Below are positions 1 through 12,247 of a stretch of DNA of 64,000 nucleotides, piece by piece. Numbering within the stretch: position 1 is the stretch's first letter; the number at the start of each line of letters is the position of its first letter. The translations under genes were made by a program, and so were the position numbers. Source of the DNA: Macrostomum lignano (taxonomy: Eukaryota); the NCBI GenBank assembly GCA_002269645.1, contig NIVC01001095.1:248001-312000 (forward strand), in the 5' to 3' direction. The notes beneath the pieces are model-generated. The model was not told where the DNA came from, searched no databases, and saw only the letters and a program-made list of their open reading frames with translations.

Positions 1-672
1 GTCTGGTCGCTGCTGAGCAGCCTGGATCCCGGCTATGCTCGGGTCAGCCTGATCTTCGTGTACCGCGACAGGAACTGCTCGTCTAAATCCGGCCCGGTGA
101 TCGGCGCGTACACCTGCCTGCTGGCCAGCCCGGCGCTACTGCTGTACGCCCTGCACCTGTGGCCGCTGCTGCAGCTCAGTCGAATAGTCGACTCAATGGT
201 TGAAGAGCGTCGACTGTCGAATCGAACCCGGGCCTCAATTAATAGTTTTCTACTGTTGAGCAAATTCGCCGTCTCAAGCGGAATTGTATGGCTGAGCGCT
301 CTGCTGGGCCTGCTGCTCAACCCCGCCTGCGACGGGCTCAGCCTGTGGTACGCGCACTACATGCTGCACGCGCTGCAGTCGATCTTCCTCTGCATCAGCT
401 GCCTGTTCGCCAGGGCGCCAATCGAGATTCTGATGCGCCGGTTTGCTAGAAAGCGCGACGAAGCCAAGCTGGAGTCGGGCCTGAGCCTGCTGGCCGCCGT
501 GATGCACTCGAAGCGGAAGAACAAGTCCATAAGGCGGGGCGGCGGGTCTGCTTCTAGCCGGTGGCAGTCGCAGCAGCAGCGGCGACAGACCGATGAGTCA
601 CCGGGGGCGGGGGCAGCAGGGGATGATGCTTCGATGGCTGAGATCGACGAAAACTTGACCTCAGCGGTTTAA
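1..672 (+). CDS. 3' terminal exon of a 7TM receptor (secretin/adhesion/Methuselah-like GPCR, about TM5-TM7 plus tail); 5' part lies outside the window
   Basis: Frame is open from base 1 to TAA at 670-672. Three hydrophobic segments are present. FAVSSGIVWLSALLGLLL and WYAHYMLHALQSIFLCISCLF resemble the family-B TM6 (..G.tW) and TM7 (nslQGffi) patterns. A polar, low-complexity C-tail follows. Confidence 0.6.
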   Translation, partial: VWSLLSSLDPGYARVSLIFVYRDRNCSSKSGPVIGAYTCLLASPALLLYALHLWPLLQLSRIVDSMVEERRLSNRTRASINSFLLLSKFAVSSGIVWLSALLGLLLNPACDGLSLWYAHYMLHALQSIFLCISCLFARAPIEILMRRFARKRDEAKLESGLSLLAAVMHSKRKNKSIRRGGGSASSRWQSQQQRRQTDESPGAGAAGDDASMAEIDENLTSAV

Positions 673-1270
673 AAGGAGTTTTTGACTACAAATCTTTACC
701 CAAAACAGTCAACCCGGGAAAAATGTACATTTATTGGAGTTCCAGCTTGTAAGGTTGTTAGACTGCAAGAAAGCTCCAGATAACCAACCCATGTTGTGTA
801 CACAGTAGAATTCCAGGAAAATGTTCATTAAAAATGTAAGAAGAGGTTGGCTTATTATTCTACTTCTCAAAGGTATTTTCACAAAGATCGATTGTTTCAC
901 TTCCACAGCTTGTCATAAAGCTTGTCCGGTCATTTCTCTGGGAGAACCCAGTTTCTAATTATAGATACATGTACACAGTGGTATTTCCGGCCAATGTACA
1001 TAGAGGGAGAGAAGTTTAACTAAAGAAAACCCTCCTTGATTTTTAGTTTTCTAATTATAGACTCATGTACACACGGGGAATCTGGTCAATGTACACTGAA
1101 GGAAGAGGATTTAGAATCAAAACAAGGAAAAACAACTTTTTTCATCACACGATCATTGCTCGTAGTAGACTACTGATATAAATCGATAAGCACATTAGTA
1201 GCAGTAAAAAGGCTGAATAGCTAGCTAATAGCACAATTTATTCTCATTCGCGTGCCAACAGATATGAATG

Positions 1271-1485
<215 letters not shown>

Positions 1486-2127
1486 TTAACTATGTAATAT
1501 CTTCAAGCACCAGTGCTCTGCCCCGTACTTACATAATACTAATTTTGTCTCCCGGCATTGCCCATCCCGGATGTATGAAGCCACTACTCTTTCCTCATCT
1601 CCTCCCACCCCGGCCTCAGTGGCAGTGCCAGCCCCCAGCGCTCAGGTGCACGGAACCCAGCAGTGCTGTCTCTGTCTCACCCAGTTACTTCCGCGTCTTT
1701 TCTCTCTTCGCGTCTCAAGCGGCAGGCGGAGTCACTCAGCCGGGAGAATGGATGATGCGGGAAAGTTACAGACGGAGGTAAAACATGCCTAGCTGTATCT
1801 TGGCTTCAGTGTCTTCTATAGTAGCAGCAACTGAGCCCGAGGCCCTCACTAGTTTTCATCTCTATTCAGCGCTGCAGCTAAGAGCTTCTCAAGTCCAGAG
1901 CAGAGCGTTCTTTGAGAATCATTTTCTGTCCTTAAAAAGTATTCGTTCGAGTAGACTCAGAATTGCATTAGCTGACGAAAAAAAAACTGCTCAAGGTGTC
2001 GGGGCTGTCGGTTCTTTGCTGGCGGGAGGCAGACAGACAGACAGACAGACTTGATTGGCACAAACTATTAGGAACAATATGTGCTAATTGTGGGATTTTG
2101 TGTCATCACGGGGAGAGGTGGTTAACA

Positions 2128-3000
2128 GGGGGTGACAGGACTGGCAGGTAGAGGGTGACAGGACTGGCAGATAGAGGCTGACAGGACTGGCAGATAGAGG
2201 CTGACAGGACTGGCAGATAGAGGCTGACAGAAATGGCAGATAGAGGCTGACAGGACTGGAAGATAGAGGCTGACAGGACTGGCAGATAGAGGCTGACAGG
2301 ACTGGCAGATTGAGGCTGACAGAAATGGCAGATAGAGGGTGACAGGACTGGCAGATAGAGGCTGACAGGACTAGCAGATAGAGGCTGACAGGACTGGCAG
2401 ATAGAGGGTGATAGGACTGGCAGATAGAGGCTGACAGAAATGGCAGATAAAGGGTGACAGAAATGGCAGATAGAGGGTGACAGGACTGGCAGATAGAGGG
2501 TGATAGGACTGGCAGATAGAGGGTGACAGGACTGGCAGATAGAGGCTGACAGAAATGGCAGATAGAGGGTGACAGGACTAGCAGATAGAGGCTGACAGGA
2601 CTGGCAGATAGAGGGTGATAGGACTGGCAGATAGAGGCTGACAGAAATGGCAGATAAAGGGTGACAGAAATGGCAGATAGAGGGTGATAGGACTGGCAGA
2701 TAGAGGCTGACAGAAATGGCAGATAAAGGGTGACAGAAATGGCAGATAGAGGGTGACAGGACTGGCAGATAGAGGGTGACAGGACTGGCAGATAGAGGGT
2801 GACAGGACTAGCAGATAGAGGGTGACAGAAATGGCAGATAGAGGGTGATAGGACTGGCAGATAGAGGGTGACAGGACTAGCAGATAGAGGGTGACAGAAA
2901 TGGCAGATAGAGGGTGATAGGACTGGCAGATAGAGGCTGACAGGACTGGCAGATAGAGGGCGACAGTACTGGCAGATAGAGGCTGACAGGGCTGGCAGAT
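2128..3000. repeat. 21-bp minisatellite (GGCTGACAGGACTGGCAGATAGA-like variants)
   Basis: About 40 tandem units; this explains the spurious 388-aa ORF. Confidence 0.95.
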
Positions 3001-3438
3001 AACAGCATAAAAGCCGTCTTAAAAAGGGAGTTTTTGACGCTAGAAGTAGCATTGGCAGATTGCAAAGAGAAAGAAAAAAGCATGAGCAAAGTCTGTTCAG
3101 AGTTCGGAACTGTCTACAACACGCACTCACAAAACACATTAACAGTCGGAAAGTGAATTGCATCGAATGCGATGACGGAGGATTATTAATTAGAGTGGTT
3201 AGCCTGGAAGCTACCAGGAAGGTCCTACCGTTCACCCTGGGGAATACCACCTTTTTGCGCAGGAATACATAATTCTAAGCTTGTGAATATTTAATCGATT
3301 GGTATGTTTACTGAAGGCAGATATTGTACTCAGCAGTCACATCCAGGCACTGAGCTGTCTGCACGAGTGGAGCAGATAAGTGCGTGATCGACATGTGATC
3401 GCCTGGTTGTCACCGTGAACAAGTATAAATGCGGTTTG

Positions 3439-4312
3439 ATCTACAGACCCCAAATATCAATCGATATTGATCTACAGACTCCAACTGTCAATCGATATTG
3501 ATCTACAGACCCCAAATATCAATCGATATTGATCTACAGACTCCAACTGTCAGTCGATATTGATCTACAGACTCCAACTGTCAATCGATATTGATCTACA
3601 GACCCCAAATATCAATCGATATTGATCTACAGACTCCAACTGTCAATCGATATTGATCTACAGACCCCAAATATCAATCGATATTGATCTACAGACTCCA
3701 ACTGTCAATCGATATTGATCTACAGACCCCAAATATCAATCGATATTGATCTACAGACCCCAACTGTCAATCGATATTGATCTACAGACCCCAACTGTCA
3801 ATCGATATTGATCTACAGACTCCAACTGTTAATCGATATTGATCTACAGACCCCAACTGTCAATCGATATTGATCTACAGACTCCAACTGTCAATCGATA
3901 TTGATCTACAGACCCCAACTGTCAATCGATATTGATCTACAGACTCCAACTGTCAATCGATATTGATCTACAGACCCCAACTGTCAGTCGATATTGATCT
4001 ACAGACCCCAACCGTCAATCGATATTGATCTACAGACCCCAAATATCAATCGATATTGATCTACAGACCCCAACTGTCAATCGATATTGATCTACAGACT
4101 CCAACTGTCAATCGATATTGATCTACAGACCCCAACCGTCAATCGATATTGATCTACAGACCCCAAATATCAATCGATATTGATCTACAGACTCCAACTG
4201 TCAATCGATATTGATCTACAGACCCCAACCGTCAATCGATATTGATCTACAGACCCCAAATATCAATCGATATTGATCTACAGACCCCAACTGTTAATCG
4301 ATATTGATTTAC
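3439..4312. repeat. 31-bp minisatellite (GATCTACAGACCCCAACTGTCAATCGATATT)
   Basis: Unit starts at 3500 and 3531 give a 31-bp period; about 28 contiguous copies with no spacers. Confidence 0.97.
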
Positions 4313-4879
4313 AGAGCCGCGAAATCCTTACTTTCTTATGCCTGGCTCATTATTTTCATACCCCTCGAGGCTAGAAAGTACTACTATTCCCATCACACTA
4401 ATAGACCCAACTAATCCTGAAAAAGACAAACGACCAATCAATAATCCCTCAGGCCGGGCGAAAAACCAAGGATAATAAAAAGTACGCCTAGGGCCGAAAC
4501 TATTTCTATTCGTCAGACAGAAGCCACTGCAGCCACAGCCAGTTTTCATCCGTGTTATTACAGCAACAGCACTGGGGCACCAGAAAATTGGACAGAACAG
4601 GTCCTGTCTGCGCGATCAGAGGAGAGAGTGGGCGGGCTGAAACATGCCAAAAGCAAAGCCTCCAAGTTGCTAAATGAATAAGTGGGAAGCGGCCGCAGTC
4701 GATTCTCAAGTGCGCCCCTCTTCAAGTAGTTGCTCCTTTAATCCTTATCCAAGGACAAGCTTTAGAACCAGAGCCACTGGAGTGAGTTTATCAGAACTTC
4801 GCGATTTCTCTTAGTTTTTAACTGAAAAAAATTCTTCGAATTAAATGTCGTTGCTGTCTGAGTAGTAGATATAAATTAG

Positions 4880-5775
4880 TGCAGTTTGCGGCGCCAAAAT
4901 GAGTTCAGTCTGCGGCGCCAAAATGAAAGCAGTCTGTGGCACCAAAGTTCAGTCTGCGGCGCCAAAATGAGTGCATGTGGTGCAAAAATGAGTGCCTGTG
5001 GTGCCAAAATGAGTGCATGTGGTGCCAAAATGAGTGCATGTGGTGCAAAAATGAGTGCCTGTGGTGCCAAAATGAGTGCATGTGGTGCCAAAATGAGTGC
5101 ATGTGGCGCCAAAGTGAGTGCATGTGGTGCCAAAAATGAGTGCATGTGGTGCCAAAATGAGTGCATGTGGCGCCAAAGTGAGTGCATGTGGTGCCAAAAA
5201 TGAGTGCATGTGGTGCCAAAATGAGTGAATGTGGTGCCAAAATGAGTGCATGTGGTGCCAAAATGAGTGCATGTGGCGCCAAAGTGAGTGCATGTGGTGC
5301 CAAAAATGAGTGCATGTGGTGCCAAAATGAGTGCATGTGGCGCCAAAGTGAGTGCATGTGGTGCCAAAAATGAGTGCATGTGGTGCCAAAATGAGTGCCT
5401 GTGGTGCCAAAATGAGTGAATGTGGTGCCAAAAATGAGTGCCTGTGGTGCCAAAATGAGTGCCTGTGGTGCCAAAATGAGTGCCTGTGGTGCCAAAATGA
5501 GTGCATGTGGTGCCAAAATAAGTGCCTGTGGTGCCAAAATGAGTGAATGTGGTGCCAAAATGAGTGCATGTGGCGCCAAAATGAGTGAATGTGGTGCCAA
5601 AATGAGTGCATGTGGCGCCAAAATGAGTGAATGTGGTGCCAAAATGAGTGCATGTGGTGCCAAAATGAGTGCATGTGGTGCCAAAAATGAGTGCATGTGG
5701 TGCCAAAAATGAGTGCATGTGGTGCCAAAAATGAGTGCATGTGGTGCCAAAATGAGTGTCTGCGGCGCCAAAAAT
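4880..5775. repeat. 21/22-bp minisatellite (CCAAAATGAGTGCATGTGGTG)
   Basis: About 42 tandem units; source of several overlapping repetitive ORFs. Confidence 0.97.
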
Positions 5776-6795
5776 AGTGCCAAAACAGTAGTAAGAACAA
5801 ATTATAGGAACTTTTCGCTTACATTTCCTGGTCGAGTCCCCTTCCCCCATCATAAAACTCATGGAGGACACCCCTGGAACTACTCTAAAAATTTTGCCTC
5901 TTCTATAGAATAGAACAAAACTCTACCGATCAGTTACTGGACTACAGACCCTACAGACCACAGACCTGTTTAGGCAAAAGAAATGTAATGTGACCCCCCC
6001 CCCCAAGAAAAAGCAGTCAGGAGCACAGAGATCAGCAGCACAGGGATCAACTGAGAAGTGGGCGGCACTGCAGAACCAAGCACTCTGCAAGGGTGTTGAC
6101 AAGCCAATCGCAAAGCTGATGCAGAACGGGCACAACCTCATCAGCCGAGGAAAATCTAACTAACACAGCACAATCATATCGCTGCAGGCGCATCTCAGAG
6201 GTGATACGTGTAGACAAGCAGTGCATTAGTGATCAAGCTGCATGCTCTGTGCCAATATTATTCCAGTATTGCAGCAGCAGATAAAAGACCAATATGACTG
6301 ATGCAGAATCCCCAAACCAAAACCTCAGAGAGTCCACACACACGCAGGGTTGTCTGTCCACCCCCCGCTCTTGCGCTCAAACTTTTTTGCACGATCCAGC
6401 TGAAGCCATCCTTCATCTCTCTTCTTCCGATTCATTCACTCTGGCTCAGACCGGGCGCGTCCATTAGAGAGTGAAAGAAGAGAAAGAGGCGACCCCCAGA
6501 GGCTATAGGGTTGGGGCAGGAGTGAGAGATTAGAAAGCGTCGCTGAGAGCTTTCAAACTTCGATGAACTTATTTTTGTTCCTCACCAAAATAGTGGGAGT
6601 TGTTGGAAGAAAGTTCAGGGTGGGCATAGCTTGTACTTTCTACTATCAGCCAGCTCTCTATAGGCAGTTTTAGGAATCCAGATTGATGAAACAGAACGCT
6701 CGATAGATCGCGTTTTGGCTGTCAAGAGATTCATAAAAGTCGCTAAGTTGCTAAGAGGCGAGCCACTCGGCATCAACAGTTTATTAGTACTAGAT

Positions 6796-7105
6796 TGTGA
6801 GACTGACTGACTCATCTCTGAGCACATTGAGACTGACTCATCTCTGAGCACATTGAGACTGACTGACTCATCTCTGAGCACATTGAGACTGACTCATCTC
6901 TGAGCACATTGAGACTGACTGACTCATCTCTGAGCACATTGAGACTGACTCATCTCTGAGCACATTGAGACTGACTGACTCATCTCTGAGCACATTGAGA
7001 CTGACTCATCTCTGAGCACATTGAGACTGACTGACTCATCTCTGAGCACATTGAGACTGACTCATCTCTGAGCACATTGAGACTGACTGACTCATCTCTG
7101 AGCAG
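6796..7105. repeat. 26/30-bp alternating minisatellite (GAGACTGACT[GACT]CATCTCTGAGCACATT)
   Basis: Tandem units differing by one GACT. Confidence 0.93.
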
Positions 7106-7814
7106 ATCGAGGCGACTCATCTCTAAAGCAGGTCATTAGAGTTATGTGCAGTAAATCGTCTGGTGGAAAAAAGCAAGGGATGCCAGCAACAGCAGCTTTT
7201 CGGCAGCTCAGGATATCAATAAACCCCTAACGAGCGAACTGGGAAAAGTTCTCCCAAAGTCTCTCTTCCCATATCCCCCAAGGGAAAGCTCGACTTTCTT
7301 CTCGACCTTAGCAACAAAAAGGTCCTAAACTATTCGAACTCGAGGTCAGGCTCTCCCTCGCGAGCTGTTGAAACCATGCAGATGATGGATGGATCAATTA
7401 GCTGGCGCGAGTCAATTGCGATTTCAGTTTAGTTGGCGACACCAGCCAAAATAATCCCAGCAGGGGAACGCGAGTTCGATCAATCATTTTCGCTCAGCTA
7501 AGTAGTTGTAAATGTACTTAACTAGAGCAAACCTGAGTGAGTTTTGATTTTCAGATCAATACAGAGCAGTCTGCACTTTTCTTCAGACCAATGCAGTCAC
7601 TGTTGACAACAACAGCCACAGTTTTAATACAGGAGACCGAGTGTAGCTGTGGCGCCGTGTACCCCAAAATCAACTGCAATTGTTAATGCGCACATCTGCT
7701 CAAGGATGCCAACCATAAAAACGTGATAAAACGGTCGTAATGTTATACACTGTTGTCTACTCAGATAATTAATGCGCGATAACAAAGCGACAAACAATTA
7801 GCTAGAAGGTAATT

Positions 7815-8240
7815 GCTCAGATCACTACAGGGGAATTGCTGGAATTAATGGTTACACGGGAATTGCTCAGACAGCTACAGGGGAATTGCTGTAATGGTTA
7901 CACGGGAATTGCTCAGACAGCTACAGGGGAATTGCTGTAATGGTTACACGGGAATTGCTCAGACAGCTACAGGGGAATTGCTGTAATGGTTACACGGGAA
8001 TTGCTCAGACAGCTACAGGGGAATTGCTGAGACAGCTATAGGGGAATTGTTGTAATGGTTACACGGGAATTGCTCAGACAGCTACAGGGGAATTGCTGTA
8101 ATGGTTACACGGGAATTGCTCAGACAGCTACAGGGGAATTGCTGTAATGGTTACACGGGAATTGCTGTAATGGCTACAAGGGAATTGCTGTAATGGCTAC
8201 AGGGGAATTTCTCAGATAGCTACAGGGGAATTGCTCAGAT
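7815..8240. repeat. Composite minisatellite (GGGAATTGCTCAGACAGCTACAG / GGGAATTGCTGTAATGGTTACAC)
   Basis: Two related subunits alternate. Confidence 0.9.
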
Positions 8241-8992
8241 ATCTCTGATATAGGAGCTAGTTCTCTCCTCAACATACTCAAAGACATTTTTGAAGAAAAC
8301 CAAGGGCTTAATGATTAATCGTTTTCAGCTTGCTAAGCTTATTTGGGAAGGGGCTTATGTATATGAAATTTGATTTGCAATTTCTTCAATTTTTACTCCC
8401 TAGAGAGAGGTGTTTACGCTCAAATTCAGTAAAATCGACCCATTTTGCGTAAACGCACTTCTATCCAAGCAGAAAGTACCTGACTTATTCATTTAAACCT
8501 ATTGAAATCAATTAAACCCTTGACATCCAGGGTTTAATTGCGGCCGAGAAACCCGATCTTATACAGTCAGTTCTATTGGGATGAATTTTCCTTGGGAAGT
8601 TAAACTTCCATCCTTATCGATCCGGTTCTTACTGCAGTAATTGGCGATTTCCAAACGTTGCTCAATTTACATTTCAGGCCTTTGCAATACTGTGCGCAAA
8701 ATTTGACACTAAGCGACATTAGAACTGTACAGATTAGCAGCAGGGGCACAGCATCAATAGTTAATCAAATCATTGAATGCAACTGCGGATGGTCACTGCA
8801 CTGTCATGCTTAATCTCTTCGCAATCCTGCCCTGTCCTCCTGCCATCGGAATCTGCGCTTGTACTTAAGCCGAAAATCCTCACGAAATTATATACATAAG
8901 AGCCTTTCGATTCTAAATCAATGTATTTTCTCTTTTATCTTCGCTGTTTGTCTCAGGAGTCTTGGTTGACTGTGTCTGCCCGTCTGTACATA

Positions 8993-9037
<45 letters not shown>

Positions 9038-9076
9038 GTTAGTCTGTCTTCCCGTCTATTTATCTATCTGCCTGCC

Positions 9077-9155
<79 letters not shown>

Positions 9156-9194
9156 GTTAGTCTGTCTTCCCGTCTATTTATCTATCTGCCTGCC

Positions 9195-9257
<63 letters not shown>

Positions 9258-9296
9258 GTTAGTCTGTCTTCCCGTCTATTTATCTATCTGCCTGCC

Positions 9297-9371
<75 letters not shown>

Positions 9372-9406
9372 GTTAGTCTGTCTTCCCGTCTATTTATCTA
9401 TCTGCC

Positions 9407-9481
<75 letters not shown>

Positions 9482-9516
9482 GTTAGTCTGTCTTCCCGTC
9501 TATTTATCTATCTGCC

Positions 9517-9595
<79 letters not shown>

Positions 9596-9630
9596 GTTAG
9601 TCTGTCTTCCCGTCTATTTATCTATCTGCC

Positions 9631-9669
<39 letters not shown>

Positions 9670-9756
9670 GTTAGTCTGTCTGTCTGTCTGTCTGTCTGTC
9701 TGTGTTAGTCTGTCTTCCCGTCCATCTATCTATCTGCCTGTCTGTCTGCATGTCTG

Positions 9757-9787
<31 letters not shown>

Positions 9788-9800
9788 CTGTCCGTCTGTG
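8993..9800. repeat. (GTCT)n microsatellite with a higher-order interrupting unit (GTGTTAGTCTGTCTTCCCGTCTATTTATCTATCTGCCT)
   Basis: The same interrupting block recurs about 7 times between GTCT runs of variable length. Confidence 0.95.
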
Positions 9801-9973
9801 TGCCATCCTGCCTGCTCGTCAGCATTTCAAGTCCCTTAGACAGGCGCCCCAACACCGGGCCAGCGCCACTCAGCCAGAGCACAAAGTGCAAAGCATACAG
9901 AAAAGGGACATAAAATAGCAGAGATTGGGTAGAGGTGGAGGAAATTAGAAATTCAAATCGCATCGAGAAAGGT

Positions 9974-10011
<38 letters not shown>

Positions 10012-10457
10012 CAAGGCTCCAAAGTTCAGATCGTCACGCAGGGAGAAAAATCGCCAGAGGATAAAAAGAAGACACGATCCCGTCTTTTAATCCTAATAAG
10101 AAAATTTACGACTTTTTGTCAGTTTTATGAGCCCGCTCCGAGTGCCAGTGGGTGCTCAATCAATTCCTGACATTCGCGGCATCATAAAAACTCACGCAAA
10201 TATCTCAAACTTGAAACAAAGTCGTAACTTTACTATCTCGCGTAAATTAATTATTAGGATGGCGTGGCCTTTCTAAGAAACCGCTGAGCATAAAAGCGTC
10301 CAGGGGGGATATTGGGGGACGGGGGTGAAACGACCCCCCAAGGAGCTCTCAAATTCAGCCAGGAATGTTTTATGAAGCATCTTAAAGTGCTTTTTAGCTG
10401 ACAAAAAGGAATCTTAGTCATTGACTTTACCAGGGTACCTTCGGAAATCAACAAATC

Positions 10458-11030
10458 GAATGTAGCCACCAGAATACCCCTAGACATGAATGTAGCCACC
10501 AGAATACCCCTAGACATGAATGTAGCCACCAGAATACCCCTAGACATGAATGTAGCCACCAGAATACCCCTAGACATGAATGTAGCCACCAGAATACCCC
10601 TAGACATGAATGTAGCCACCAGAATACCCCTAGACATAAATGTAGCCACCAGAATACCCCTAGACATGAATGTACTCACCAGAATACCCCTAGACATAAA
10701 TTTGCCCACCAGAATACCCCTAGACATAAATGTAGCCACCAGAATACCCCTAGACATGAATGTACTCACCAGAATACCCCTAGACATGAATGTAGCCACC
10801 AGAATACCCCTAGACATAAATGTAGCCACCAGAATACCCCTAGACATGAATGTAGCCACCAGAATACCCCTAGACATGAATGTAGCCACCAGAATACATA
10901 CCCCTAGACATGAATGTAGCCACCAGAATACCCCTAGACATGAATGTAGCCACCAGAATACCCCTAGACATAAATGTACCCACCAGAATACCCCTAGACA
11001 TAAATTTACCCACCAGAATACCCCTAAAAA
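10458..11030. repeat. 30-bp minisatellite (GAATGTAGCCACCAGAATACCCCTAGACAT)
   Basis: 10-aa periodicity in the ORF track (MNVATRIPLD); the unit shortens to about 28 bp near 10900. Confidence 0.96.
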
Positions 11031-11509
11031 TAGTACCCTAAGCATCGTAATTATGATACAAAGACTGCTGTAAGAACAGCCCTTCACCGAAGAAAAACTA
11101 CACAAATAAGAATTGCAAGTCGCATTGTATCAATGCAAAGCTACTTATGTTATTAACCCAAGTACAAAAATAAGTAAACATCTATAAAAATGCAAGGGCT
11201 TTTTGAATGCCAAACATTCGGTTTGAAATAATTTCTTTAACCAACTTTACAATATATATTTTATAAATCATTAAGACAAAATAAGAAATACAAATGCCAA
11301 GCTTCAGATACTACTCATGCATAAATTAGCAAGCTTAATGCCAAATAAAATTACAGACAAAGATTTCAGTGGATAAGGGAAGTTTAATGAGTCGGGGTTC
11401 GATGAGGGTAGAGACTGGAGTTTGTATTGGGTCAGGATGCCTTTTTGCCTTGTTAAGTTTAAAATGCTTATGAAATTATATATCAATATATCAATGAGCA
11501 TTAAGTCCA

Positions 11510-12135
11510 ATTGGGTTCAGTGGGTCAACTTTTATTGGGTCAGAGGACCATACCAATGAGTCAATGTATCACTGAGTCATGGATCAGTGGGTTAAAGGTT
11601 CACCGGGTCAATGGACCAACGGGTCAAAGGTCACTGGGCAAGGGTGCAATGGGTCAAGGGTCACTGGGTCAAAAGTGCAATGGATCCAGGGTTCAATGGG
11701 TCAAGGGTCATTAGGTCAAGGGTCATTGGGTCAAAAGTACAATGGGTAAAGGGTGCAACGGATCAAGGGTGTAATGGGTCAAGGGTCACTGGGTCAAGGG
11801 ATAACTGGGTCGAGGGTGCAAAAGGTCAAGGGTTCAATGGATCAAGGGTCACTGGGTCAAGGTTGCAATGGGTCAAAGGTAGTAGGTCAAGGGTCACTGT
11901 GTCAAAGGTAATAGGTCAAGGGTCACTGGGTCAAGGGTGCAATGGGTCAAAGATATAATGGGTCACTGGGTCAAGGGTGCAATGGGTCAAAGGTGTAATG
12001 GGTCAAGGGTCACTGGGTCAAGGGTGCAATGGGTCAAAGGTGTAATGGGTCAAGGGTCACTGGGTCAAGGGTGCAATGGGTCAAAGGTGTGATGGGTCAA
12101 GGGTCACTGGGTCAAGGGTGCAACGGGTCAAGAGA
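11510..12135. repeat. Degenerate GGGTCAAGGGT-rich tandem repeat
   Basis: Recurrent GGGTCA motifs in irregular units that become more regular after about 11900. Confidence 0.85.
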
Positions 12136-12247
12136 CCAAAGGTTCAAGGTTTAATGAAACATGCAACAGATAAGTTTTATCAACAACTTTGATCCACGAA
12201 TCAATCAACCAGTGAATCAGAAACAGGTTAATAAGCGGCACCAGCGG

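Noticed and set aside
3000-3272. Short protein-like stretch after the 21-bp array
   Set aside because: No convincing splice context or homology.
3439-4312. 31-bp partly palindromic repeats resembling a CRISPR array (also 62290-62670)
   Set aside because: Units are contiguous with no unique spacers, there are no cas genes, and the context is eukaryotic.
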